A DNA stretch of 55,695 nucleotides from Candidatus Woesearchaeota archaeon (lineage in GTDB: Archaea; Nanobdellota; Nanobdellia; Woesearchaeales; ARS49). The translations under genes and the position numbers were made by a program. Below the pieces are notes generated by a model. That model saw only the letters and a program-made list of their open reading frames with translations. It ran no database searches and had not been told where the DNA came from. The DNA is taken from contig JAWAAW010000004.1 in assembly GCA_038884975.1 (NCBI GenBank), forward strand, positions 1 through 55,695, in the 5' to 3' direction. Positions within the stretch are counted from its first letter, which is position 1. The number at the start of each line of letters is the position of its first letter. Below, piece after piece: positions 8,780 through 17,138 of the stretch.

Positions 8780-10015
8780 AAAGTAAGCAGCAGAACCAGC
8801 AGCAGCAAGCACACTGATTATTCCTGCAACAATCATTTTCACTCGCCTGTTGTTATAATAATTGGTGTATTTTGCAGGAATGAAAACAGACTCAACAAGC
8901 CCTGCAGGAGCATATTTTGGCAGCTTTCCAGCCCCAACCCTGTCCAAGTCCTGCAAAATCAGAGAGTAATCCTGATACCTTTTTCGAGGGTTGTTCTGCA
9001 TCATTTTCGCAACAATGCGCTCAATTCCCTCAAGCATGATGTCCTGCTCGTCAGCAAGCCCCTTGATTTTGTACTGCCTGTCGCGGGCAATGGACACGAG
9101 TATTTCGCGCGGAGGCACTTTCTCGTCCTTCAACCCCAAAGGAAGCCTGTCAGTCATCAATTCATAAAAAGTTGCGCCTGCACTGAATTGGTCACTTAAC
9201 CATGTTGCGTCCTTGCTGTTTTTTGCCTGTTCAGGGCTCATGTAAGGCGCAGTGCCTATTATGTTTCCTTCCATTGTTGTTCTTGTAAGCTCCACATTCT
9301 CTGGACGCATTATGCCATAATCAGCAATCTTTACAGCAGTGCGCTTCTTAACAAACAAATTGCCCGGCTTTATGTCGCGATGCACAATACCCAAGTCACG
9401 CAGGCGCTTTAAGCCCTTGATTACCTGCTCCATCACTTTAAGATGGGTTCTTGGCTCCCAGCCCCTTGTCTTCTCAGGATTAAGCGAGCCGTCAAACAAT
9501 TCCACAAGCAGGTAACCCTGGCCGCTGGTCTCAACAAGCCCTGCAGTAAAGTGATAAGTGAGGTTGGGATGATAAAGCCCGAGAATAAAACCCTCCCTGC
9601 TGCTGCGCCAGTTCATCTCCTGAGGCAGCTTTGACACGCTGACTGCAATGGCGCGGTTGCCGTTGATGAGCTCGTTTTCTTCAAAAAAATCCCTGACTTC
9701 CTTTTCAAGCCCGCTCTTTGACATCTCGCCGGCTTCCTGCTCTGCTGCCTTTCTCGCTTCCTCCCACTCCTCAAGGCTTGTCCCGCGCAAATTCTTATGG
9801 GTGCGCATGGGAACATATAAGTCCCTATAGCCCTGTTCATCAATTTTTGAATAAGCCAGCTGCGCCCTGAAAGCAATCCTCTGGCTTCCAATGCCAATGG
9901 GCTCGCTGTCAGCAATGGTAATCGCCCTTCCAATAGGGTCTTTTGTTGCAATAGACCCATCCCTCCTGCAGATGTTCTTAAGCGTTGTCTTTGCAAACTT
10001 GCTGTCACTGTCCAT
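8744..10015 (-). CDS. Ser/Thr protein kinase (Hanks type) with C-terminal TM anchor
   Basis: HRDIKPGNLF catalytic loop, DYG, APYMSPEQ activation segment, C-terminal helix MIVAGIISVLAAAGSAAYF. Start trimmed to ATG 10015, with a ttttataaag TATA box about 25 nt upstream. Confidence 0.88.
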   Translation of the reverse strand: MDSDSKFAKTTLKNICRRDGSIATKDPIGRAITIADSEPIGIGSQRIAFRAQLAYSKIDEQGYRDLYVPMRTHKNLRGTSLEEWEEARKAAEQEAGEMSKSGLEKEVRDFFEENELINGNRAIAVSVSKLPQEMNWRSSREGFILGLYHPNLTYHFTAGLVETSGQGYLLVELFDGSLNPEKTRGWEPRTHLKVMEQVIKGLKRLRDLGIVHRDIKPGNLFVKKRTAVKIADYGIMRPENVELTRTTMEGNIIGTAPYMSPEQAKNSKDATWLSDQFSAGATFYELMTDRLPLGLKDEKVPPREILVSIARDRQYKIKGLADEQDIMLEGIERIVAKMMQNNPRKRYQDYSLILQDLDRVGAGKLPKYAPAGLVESVFIPAKYTNYYNNRRVKMIVAGIISVLAAAGSAAYFSGLLDRIIRLQ

Positions 10016-10083
10016 GAAGAATACCACCCAGAACCGCTTTATAAAACTTATGATAAACGTCACTAGATAGTGATGATAAAATA

Positions 10084-10166
10084 CGCCGGCGGCAGGATTT
10101 GAACCTGCAATTCCTTGCGGAACCCGCTCTCAAGGCGGGCGCACTACCGGGTTATGCGACGCCGGC
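10084..10166 (-). tRNA. tRNA-Ser (anticodon TGA)
   Basis: Hand fold of the reverse complement. Acceptor GCCGGCG/CGCCGGC, anticodon stem CCCGC/GCGGG with loop CTTGAGA, long variable arm TTCC-GCAA-GGAA, T arm GCAGG-TTCAAAT-CCTGC, discriminator G. Confidence 0.9.
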
Positions 10167-10208
10167 ATTCGCCGTCATCGCAAGACCTCTTGTTCTGCGG
10201 AACTACGA

Positions 10209-10226
10209 GGTTATGCGACGCCGGCA
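10209..10226 (-). repeat. 18-nt perfect duplicate of the tRNA-Ser 5' end
   Basis: ggttatgcgacgccggca occurs at 10150-10167 (tRNA positions 1-17 plus 1 nt) and again at 10209-10226. Confidence 0.85.
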
Positions 10227-10250
10227 CTATACACCATCAGGTTCTGGGGC

Positions 10251-10260
10251 GTATAAAAAG
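10251..10260 (-). promoter_or_regulatory. TATA box (ctttttatac on the minus strand) upstream of the tRNA-Ser region
   Basis: Lies 25-26 nt upstream of the first G of the duplicated 5' fragment (10225), and 85 nt upstream of the functional tRNA 5' end. Confidence 0.5.
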
Positions 10261-10317
10261 CTTGCTCCTCCAAAACAACCCAAAACATTAATATTTGGTT
10301 GTATTGAAACAGAAGAA

Positions 10318-10749
10318 ATGCAGGATAGGGTTATTGTCAGGGTGGGAAGGCTTTGGCAGTTTCCATCACTGATACCTTACGTGCTCATCAACACGTTTGA
10401 TGTCCTCGCCCCTTTTCTTAATCCAAAAACATATGTTGCATTTCACGGCAGGTCAATAGTCTCGTTCTGTTGCATAAAACGCTGGGGAAAAATTGTTGAG
10501 ATTGGCAATGCGTACACGATGCCAAGATTCAGGAGGCACGGTCATTTCAGGGAATTGATGCGCGCAATAATGAATAATTACAAACAGGTTTACATATTGA
10601 CTCACGGCAAGCTTGTTGAAGTTTCAGAGCGATACGGGTTTAAGCGCGTCAAAAACCCACCCCTGAATTTCCGTTTCAGAAAACTGCTGGCGTACCTTGT
10701 ATTTGGATTGTTCTACAGGCCGTGGGTTGTGCTGAGAAAGGAAAATTAA
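10318..10749 (+). CDS. GNAT-family N-acetyltransferase
   Basis: Acetyl-CoA-binding motif region EIGNAYTMPRFRRHGHFRELMRAI and YGFKRV. The ORF track start (10099) runs through tRNA-Ser, so the start was trimmed to ATG 10318, preceded by a ttaatattt box. Confidence 0.7.
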   Translation: MQDRVIVRVGRLWQFPSLIPYVLINTFDVLAPFLNPKTYVAFHGRSIVSFCCIKRWGKIVEIGNAYTMPRFRRHGHFRELMRAIMNNYKQVYILTHGKLVEVSERYGFKRVKNPPLNFRFRKLLAYLVFGLFYRPWVVLRKEN

Positions 10750-10750
10750 T

Positions 10751-10906
10751 TCAGGGCTGCGGCAGCATTATAGGAACCCCATCCTTAACAGGATATTTCC
10801 TGCCGCATTTTGTGCAGATTAGTTCGTCTTTACCAACCCTGAGCCCTGCCTTGTCTGTTGGGCAGGCAAGGATTTCAAGCAACTCCTTTGGAATAATTTC
10901 GGCCAT
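10751..10906 (-). CDS. trm112: Trm112-family small zinc-ribbon protein (methyltransferase activator)
   Basis: Hand translation, 51 aa (below the ORF-track cutoff): [55 protein letters not shown]...C..C...YP..DGIP.ML is the Trm112/UPF0434 signature. Confidence 0.8.
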   Translation of the reverse strand: MAEIIPKELLEILACPTDKAGLRVGKDELICTKCGRKYPVKDGVPIMLPQP

Positions 10907-11121
10907 GCTCCTCAATAACAACCACAATGCTTAAAAGGCTTTCGCAAAGAAGTATATTCTGCAACAAATAAATCTTTATAAACTACCTGCTTGGAGTGGT
11001 ATAAATATATTGTGGTGGTATTTCCTCTACATTGTGAATTATAGTTCAGATGTGGGGGATCTTGATTGGTCAGCGCCAACTACTGTTGACGAGTCCAAAA
11101 ATTAAATGGGGGAGTGCTTAA

Positions 11122-12048
11122 GTGTACTACATCAAAAAATGCCCTGAATGCGGGGGCATAAACCTCTTCGTGAACAGGGAAAAAGGGGAGATAATCTGCA
11201 AGGACTGCGGTCTTGTCGTTGAAGACAAGATGGTTGAGTTCGGGCAGGAATGGCGCGAATTTGAGAGCGAGGGCTCTGGCGAGCAAAAGCACAGGCGTAC
11301 AGGAGCCCCAATGACTTACACGCAGTACGACCAGGGGCTTGGCACAGAAGTTGGGCAAAAGGCAGACCTTTTCCAGCTCGGCTCAAAGGACAGGAACAAG
11401 TTCTTCAGGCTCAGGAAATGGCAGTACAGGATTTCAACAGCGATAGAAAGAAACCTCAAGCTTGCCCTTGCTGAATTAAAGAGGGTTTCAAGCTATTTGA
11501 AGCTGCCAAAGTCAGTCGAGGAAGAGGCAGCAATGATTTACACGCAGGCAGTCCAGCGCGGACTGGTCAGGGGAAGAAGCATGGAATCAGTCGTCTCAGG
11601 AGCACTTTACGCTGCCTGCAGGCGTCACGAGGTTCCAAGAACACTCGACGAGCTCTCAGAAGCATCAAGCATTGAGAAAAAAGAAATTGGGAGAACATAC
11701 AGGTTCGTCACAAGAGAGCTTGGAATAACAATCTTGCCAAGCAACCCTGCAGACTACATTGCGAGGTTTGCAAGCTCACTGAAATTATCACCTGAGACGC
11801 AATCAAAAGCAGTTGAGATCCTTGAGCAGGCGCAGCACGAAGAACTCACGTCAGGGAGGGGACCCACAGGAATTGCAGCAGCATCATTGTATGTTGCAGC
11901 CTTGATGCACGGCGAAAAAAGAACCCAGCGCGAAGTTGCAGACGTTGCAGGAGTCACAGAGGTCACAATACGAAACCGCTACAAGGAGCTTCTTGAAGAA
12001 CTAAAGCTTGACAAGGAGGTCAAGAAAACAAAGAAAAAGAAGCAGTGA
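11122..12048 (+). CDS. tfb: transcription initiation factor IIB (TFB)
   Basis: N-terminal Zn ribbon CPECGG..CKDCG, B-reader/linker, two cyclin-fold repeats, GTG start, K-rich tail. Confidence 0.95.
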   Translation: MYYIKKCPECGGINLFVNREKGEIICKDCGLVVEDKMVEFGQEWREFESEGSGEQKHRRTGAPMTYTQYDQGLGTEVGQKADLFQLGSKDRNKFFRLRKWQYRISTAIERNLKLALAELKRVSSYLKLPKSVEEEAAMIYTQAVQRGLVRGRSMESVVSGALYAACRRHEVPRTLDELSEASSIEKKEIGRTYRFVTRELGITILPSNPADYIARFASSLKLSPETQSKAVEILEQAQHEELTSGRGPTGIAAASLYVAALMHGEKRTQREVADVAGVTEVTIRNRYKELLEELKLDKEVKKTKKKKQ

Positions 12049-12105
12049 CAGGTTTCTTTAAAAACACCCTTGCCATAACTCTTTGCAAAGCAGGCAGGGA
12101 CAACT

Positions 12106-13032
12106 ATGGCAATAGCAATAATCTCAGACATTCACGCAAACTTAGAGGCGCTTGACGCAATTCTTGATGACATTTCAGAACAGGAACAAAAGCACGGCAT
12201 AAAGGAAATCCACTGCCTTGGAGACATTGTCGGCTATGGTCCTGACCCCATTGAGTGCATTCAACGAGTCAGGGAACACTGCAGTGTTGTGATTGGGGGA
12301 AGCCACGAGGAAAGTGTCTGTTATATTCCAAAGGGCGTGATGACAAGTCTTTACAACATCAATGCAGTCCCATCAATACTATGGACAAGGCACTTGCTTC
12401 ACAATACAGCAAAAGAACTGGTTGTTTATGTCTCAAAACTGCCTTATGTCAAATTGCCAAATACTGATGATGAACAAAAACGCATTGCAGAAGTGCACGG
12501 CACACTCTGCCACGCAATGCAGGACAATGACAGCATAATGTGGAAGAAAAGGCATCCGAACAATCCACCTCACGGCACCATTGCCTGTGCAAGCATAAAC
12601 AATTATACAACAATAGCGGACAATTATCCTGAAGGCGAGAACAACTTAAGCAGGTGCTTTGCATCCCTTCAGAAAATAAACAGGACCGTGTGCTTTGTTG
12701 GCCATTCGCATGTTGCAGAGGCATTCTGCTGGAATCCCAAAAAACAAAATTTTAATCATGTGCCACTAAAAGGAAAGTATGATTGTTGGAAACCTGAGAG
12801 CATAGAATTCAGGCTTGTTTCCGGCAATTATTATGTGATAAATCCCGGCTCTGTTGGACAACCAAGGGATGATGACCCAAGAGCAAGCTATTGCGTTTAC
12901 AAGAATGACAGGCTAATATACAGAAAAGTGCCTTATGAGGTTACGGATACAATGCGCAAGATAATGAAGATTGAGATGCTTAATGAGAACATAAGGGCGT
13001 ACTTGGCAGCAAGACTATTGATTGGGCATTAA
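12106..13032 (+). CDS. metallophosphoesterase (calcineurin-like phosphoesterase family)
   Basis: Motifs SDIHAN, GDIVGYGPDP, GGSHE, GHSH. Confidence 0.8.
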   Translation: MAIAIISDIHANLEALDAILDDISEQEQKHGIKEIHCLGDIVGYGPDPIECIQRVREHCSVVIGGSHEESVCYIPKGVMTSLYNINAVPSILWTRHLLHNTAKELVVYVSKLPYVKLPNTDDEQKRIAEVHGTLCHAMQDNDSIMWKKRHPNNPPHGTIACASINNYTTIADNYPEGENNLSRCFASLQKINRTVCFVGHSHVAEAFCWNPKKQNFNHVPLKGKYDCWKPESIEFRLVSGNYYVINPGSVGQPRDDDPRASYCVYKNDRLIYRKVPYEVTDTMRKIMKIEMLNENIRAYLAARLLIGH

Positions 13033-13352
13033 CAAAACCTGTACAGCTTTCTCTCAAAATCAACAACCCTTCCTTTTTTTACAATAATACCTTCTTTTTT
13101 CAACAATGCAATTTTTTGCGCAACCTTTTTGCCTGACTTTGCGCCCTTGTACCCACCAATCCTTCCATCAGAACACACAACCCTGTGGCACGGAACAATG
13201 GGCGAATAAGGATTGTTTTTCAACGCCACGCCGACAGCCCTGTAGACCTGCCCGTAACCGCCGAGGGCATTTCCTATCTCACGATAAGTGGAAACCCTGC
13301 CTTTCGGAATCCTCTTACAAATTTTGTAAACATTCTCAGAAAAAGTTGTCAT
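13029..13352 (-). CDS. ogt: methylated-DNA-protein-cysteine methyltransferase, catalytic/DNA-binding domain only
   Basis: 107 aa with the PCHRVV active-site motif (IVPCHRVVCSDGRIGGY) and helix-turn-helix STYREIG. Confidence 0.88.
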   Translation of the reverse strand: MTTFSENVYKICKRIPKGRVSTYREIGNALGGYGQVYRAVGVALKNNPYSPIVPCHRVVCSDGRIGGYKGAKSGKKVAQKIALLKKEGIIVKKGRVVDFERKLYRFC

Positions 13353-14107
13353 ACTGGTTTTGGGGCGGGTGCCAGCGATGTGTTAATACTATAATAAAAC
13401 CTATCAGCAGGCACGCCTTCGCCATTCAAATGCAATTGTTCATAAACTTCTGGCTTGGGGTCAAGGAGGATTATTTTGTGCATTTCCCGTATTTTTTTGG
13501 CCATTTCACGCGCCTGCAAGTAACCAACATCTTTTGTTCTTGACAAATCAATGACCACCCTCCTTTGCTGGGCGCACAAGTATGCAGCATTAAGTTTTTC
13601 CTCAAAGGTCTCACCACGCCATAGGTCTTTCCTGTTCCAATGGTCATCTATGAATGCAGGCGCTGCAACCACAAGGTCGCCTTCCTGTTGCTTGTAAGGC
13701 TGCTTGGCAACCTTTTGCAGGTACACGACTGCGCCACCATCCCTCATCCTGCTTACTTTTATGTTGAACAAAAAGCTTGTTGCCTTGTTACTTGAGCCGT
13801 ATGCAATTCCCTTTAGCTCAAAGAACTTTTTGCCCTGATTGTCAAACTGGTCCTGGCAGATTTCACGCAGCCTCCTGAAAACTTCTGGTTGTAAGCGCAG
13901 GCTGTCTATGTGTATCTGGTCGCTCGTGTATCCAATCCTTAACTCTGCAGCCCTGTTAGCCATCATAAACCGATAGTCAGGATCAAGAAGCAATGCGGGC
14001 TCGTGGCTCTGGTAAAAAGTGCCCACCAGCACCTTTACTTGCTCTGGCGTGATGGTGCGAGCCAAGCGTTCAAGGTTTGACTCTGGAATTTCTGCATTTC
14101 CTGCCAT
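13349..14107 (-). CDS. hypothetical protein with PAS-like N-terminal and STAS-like C-terminal regions
   Basis: The PAS-like call rests on LLLDPDYRFMMANRAAELRIGYTSDQ...FFELKGIAYGSS...VSRMRDGGAVVYLQ. The C-terminal VVIDLSRTKDVGYLQAREMAKKIREM...LLDPKPEVYEQL resembles STAS/anti-sigma-antagonist. Both are by eye only. Confidence 0.55.
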   Translation of the reverse strand: MAGNAEIPESNLERLARTITPEQVKVLVGTFYQSHEPALLLDPDYRFMMANRAAELRIGYTSDQIHIDSLRLQPEVFRRLREICQDQFDNQGKKFFELKGIAYGSSNKATSFLFNIKVSRMRDGGAVVYLQKVAKQPYKQQEGDLVVAAPAFIDDHWNRKDLWRGETFEEKLNAAYLCAQQRRVVIDLSRTKDVGYLQAREMAKKIREMHKIILLDPKPEVYEQLHLNGEGVPADRFYYSINTSLAPAPKPV

Positions 14108-14143
14108 GTGTCAATCGCCTGTCATCGCTTCATTTATTCGTAT

Positions 14144-15268
14144 TTATAAACGTATCCCTTTTAAAAGCATCTTGAAGCTTGCCTTTCCAGGATTCTGTTT
14201 GTAATGTATTGCCCAGCACTTTATGTCAGCCAAAGGAGCAATTCCTTGCTGGGCCGCGTACGTGCAGAGCTGCGTTACGTTGTGAGGCTTTCTCACCCTG
14301 TGCGTGCGCTCAAAGTCTATCATCACAACCTTTCCTCTTGGCGTGACAATCGCGTTTTTCAAAGGACGAAGCATTTCTTCCTTTGCAAGCATTGCATTGT
14401 CAAGCACAAAAGCCTGCCAAAACAACTGCCTGAACAGCCTTTTTTTAGCATTTGTCGTGGCGTCTGCCAATACGTCCTCTAAATATTTGCCAGGAACATA
14501 CTCGTAAGCAACAAAATCCTTCTTTGCAACAAACAGTCTTGGGCCAAGACCAAGCCCATTCACTACCTTGAGCATTTTTCCCTCCTTTGCAGGAGCATTG
14601 GCAACAGAATCAGGACGCTTGACTTTCACAACACAGTCTTTTCCCTTGTATTTGCCTTTGAAAATCCAGCTCCTCTTGCCCCTTGTCAAGTATTTTAGCT
14701 GTTTTGCCCCTGCCTTCTCAATCTTTTTCAGCAGTTTTGACTTTGTAATCTTGTACACGAACAAGTCCTCAAAGAAAACATGCAACCTGTCAAGCTCTTC
14801 AAAAGTCAAAAGGTTTTGTCTTATTGCTTCTTCAATACTCTTTTTGTTGTTAAGAGAAGAAAAAAGCAGCAGGATAATCCCATTATTGGCAAGAAATGCG
14901 TTTGCGCTCTCCAAAAACCTGAAAATCGTTTCATATCCTTTCTTCCCACCCTCAAGTGCAACGTCGCGCTCTGGAAGTTCCTGAGGCAAATAAGGCGGAT
15001 TAAAGATTATTGTGTCAAACTCGCCTTTAACCTTGGCAAACAAGTCGCTTCGCAGACACCTTATTTTTTTACTCACAATGTTCTTCCTGCAATGCCTGAC
15101 AACAGCAGGATTTATGTCAACAGCAAGCACTGACTTCACTGATTTCTTTTTTGAAGCAGCAACTGCCTGTATCCCTGAGCCAGTGCCCATGTCCAGCACT
15201 TTGCCTCTTGCAAGTCTTTTAACCCATTTTTCAAGCAATAGTGAGTCTTCTTTTGGCGGATAAATCAT
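14144..15268 (-). CDS. fusion protein: Mtq2/HemK-type N5-glutamine methyltransferase domain plus atypical protein-kinase-like (Bud32/RIO-like) domain
   Basis: N-terminal half has YPPKEDSLLL, VLDMGTGSG (SAM motif I) and IIFNPPY (NPPY catalytic motif). C-terminal half has GKRSWIF (G-loop-like), VVKVKR (VAIK-like Lys), YEYVPG hinge, KEEMLRPLKN (degenerate HRDLKPxN) and MIDFE (DFG-like). Confidence 0.75.
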   Translation of the reverse strand: MIYPPKEDSLLLEKWVKRLARGKVLDMGTGSGIQAVAASKKKSVKSVLAVDINPAVVRHCRKNIVSKKIRCLRSDLFAKVKGEFDTIIFNPPYLPQELPERDVALEGGKKGYETIFRFLESANAFLANNGIILLLFSSLNNKKSIEEAIRQNLLTFEELDRLHVFFEDLFVYKITKSKLLKKIEKAGAKQLKYLTRGKRSWIFKGKYKGKDCVVKVKRPDSVANAPAKEGKMLKVVNGLGLGPRLFVAKKDFVAYEYVPGKYLEDVLADATTNAKKRLFRQLFWQAFVLDNAMLAKEEMLRPLKNAIVTPRGKVVMIDFERTHRVRKPHNVTQLCTYAAQQGIAPLADIKCWAIHYKQNPGKASFKMLLKGIRL

Positions 15269-16179
15269 GGCAAGTAGTCACAAATAAAGCTTGTCAAAAG
15301 ATAGTCTAATATGTCTCCTTTCATGTATTCGTGGTACAATACCCAGCTCTGGCCGTCGAACAAGACAGGCAATTTCCTAAACCTCTTGCAGAATAGGAAA
15401 GTGTTGAATGCCTTCAGCCTTGCTTCAGAGTCTTCAGGATACTGGCTTGTGAACTCATTCTGGTCAACATTGCTTATGAGCGTTATTGACGTCGGACCGT
15501 AATTCACGGTCTCCTTCAAACCATACATTGTGCCGCTCAATGAGGAAAGCAAGTTGTAGCGCCAATACCCAATCACGAGATGGTCATCCTCGTGCTGCAA
15601 TCTGGCAAGCCTTCCCTCGGCATCATAATAAACATCAGTCTTTAACTTCTGCCTGTAAATTGCCTTTGTGCGGTTGTAATCATCATACTCAAACTCTGTC
15701 GCTACTCCATTGTCCCTTGCAACACTGCTAAGCCTTCCTTTTGAGTCATGCATCACTGTCAGCTTTTCCCCATCTTCCATTGAATAAAGCTTTCCTTTGG
15801 CAGTATAAGCGAAAGCCCAGTGCCTGACGCCCCTTTCTGCACCGGTTAGCCTTCCATTTGCACCATAATAAAATTTTATAGGTTTAATTCCATCATCAAT
15901 ACTGATGAGGTTGCCACCCTCATAAGAAAGCACAACCGTCTTTGAAGTACTGTTAAGCAGTATGAGGTCTCCTGCCTCGTTATACCCCCAAAGTACCTGT
16001 CCTGCCCTGCTGTTCTGGAAAACCCTTGTGCGAGGCATTGGGATGATGCGTTCAGGAGCAATAACCGGTTCTGCCTTTTGCTCAGGTTTCAGCCTCTCTT
16101 TGATAGTTACTGGTTCTTGATATTCTGGCACGCACCCAGTCACTAAAAGCACTGCCATCAGCACTACAAAAATTCTCAT
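15265..16179 (-). CDS. lipoprotein with YD (RHS-type) repeats
   Basis: Signal peptide with lipobox MAVLLVTGC. Repeats of the Y.YD..GRL type (YYGANGRLTG, HDSKGRLSSV, FEYDDYNR, VYYDAEGRLARL). Confidence 0.7.
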   Translation of the reverse strand: MRIFVVLMAVLLVTGCVPEYQEPVTIKERLKPEQKAEPVIAPERIIPMPRTRVFQNSRAGQVLWGYNEAGDLILLNSTSKTVVLSYEGGNLISIDDGIKPIKFYYGANGRLTGAERGVRHWAFAYTAKGKLYSMEDGEKLTVMHDSKGRLSSVARDNGVATEFEYDDYNRTKAIYRQKLKTDVYYDAEGRLARLQHEDDHLVIGYWRYNLLSSLSGTMYGLKETVNYGPTSITLISNVDQNEFTSQYPEDSEARLKAFNTFLFCKRFRKLPVLFDGQSWVLYHEYMKGDILDYLLTSFICDYLP

Positions 16180-16181
16180 TT

Positions 16182-17138
16182 TCAGTAAGGCCTGAACAGC
16201 CAGAACCAGATTCTCCTAAAAAAGCCTGTGGGCCTGTAACTGATTGTGCCGTCAGAGAGCATCCTGACAATTGCTTCTGTGCGCCTATCAGACTCCCTTA
16301 TCGTGTTGAGCGCCTCTTCTGTAACCCATACCTCCATTGAGCTGTCATTAAGGGCATAAGGATGGACTTCCTGCACAACCATCTTTGTCGTGATCGCACT
16401 GGCAACGTATGCCGTGCCGTCATTCATTTTAATGTACACATTGATTTCTTCATTATCAAAGTAATCAAGTTCGTCAGGAATTATCTCACCAACATAATCC
16501 TCAATCACAAAGCCTGCTATCTCTGTCTTTCCTGCCTTTCTTGTTATGTCATCTATTGTCGGCACAGGAAGCTCATCTGTCGTCACGTTATTCTGGACAG
16601 GGCTTATGCTGATGTTCTCCTCCTTCAGAACGCAGGTGCAGTTTTTGCACTCCCTTGTCCGTGGGCAGTCATCATCTGACTCGCAGTCCTCATCGCCCTC
16701 CACCTTGCCGTCGCCGCACGTTGAAAGCTTAATAAGCGGTCCTGAGGGGACGCAATCGCATGTTTTCTGGTCGCACACGAGCGGGATCCCTATTGCCATT
16801 GAAACATTAGGACAGAAATCAACAGGACGTTCTTTTGTGCCGGGGTCGCACATCTCAACACCCTCACGTATTCCATTGCCACAGTCCTTTGCACTTCTTC
16901 CAGGGAGGCAGGCGCAGGTTTGCTCATTGCACACCATTGCTATTTTTAGAAGCTTGCCAATCGAGGGGCACAGGTCGTATGCAGTACCTGGCTCGCAAAG
17001 CTCGTATCCCTCACGTATTCCATTGCCGCACTTCTGTTCTGTCAGCTCATCAGGAATAACACTTGCACTAACAGAAGAGGCAACAATTGCGACTGCCAGA
17101 ACAATTGCAATGCTTGTTTTAGATTTCATCTTAATCAA
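16182..17138 (-). CDS. secreted cysteine-rich repeat protein B
   Basis: Signal peptide ..AIVASSVSA. Three CG(N/D)G..EG.E.C(D/E).. modules (CGNGIREGYELCEPGT, CGNGIREGVEMCDPGT, CGDGKVEGDEDCESDDDC). C-terminal tail GFFRRIWFWLFRPY. Confidence 0.75.
   Translation of the reverse strand: MIKMKSKTSIAIVLAVAIVASSVSASVIPDELTEQKCGNGIREGYELCEPGTAYDLCPSIGKLLKIAMVCNEQTCACLPGRSAKDCGNGIREGVEMCDPGTKERPVDFCPNVSMAIGIPLVCDQKTCDCVPSGPLIKLSTCGDGKVEGDEDCESDDDCPRTRECKNCTCVLKEENISISPVQNNVTTDELPVPTIDDITRKAGKTEIAGFVIEDYVGEIIPDELDYFDNEEINVYIKMNDGTAYVASAITTKMVVQEVHPYALNDSSMEVWVTEEALNTIRESDRRTEAIVRMLSDGTISYRPTGFFRRIWFWLFRPY

Noticed and set aside
10099-10317. N-terminal 73 codons of ORF 10099..10749.
   Set aside because: This stretch runs through tRNA-Ser and its duplicated 5' fragment. 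A TATA-like box and ATG at 10318 give a normal-sized GNAT protein.
15265-16179. The YD-repeat lipoprotein as an Rhs-type polymorphic toxin with a downstream immunity gene.
   Set aside because: The protein is only 304 aa. I could not find an Rhs core-ending PxxxxDPxGL motif or a recognisable toxin domain. The downstream gene is a methyltransferase fusion, not a small immunity-like ORF.
16850-17030. A near-identical 20-nt repeat (ccctcacgtattccattgcc) as a possible DGR template/variable repeat or CRISPR-like repeat.
   Set aside because: Both copies are in frame inside one gene and encode the repeated CGNGIREG module. There are only two copies, no reverse transcriptase gene, and no adenine-specific mismatch pattern.
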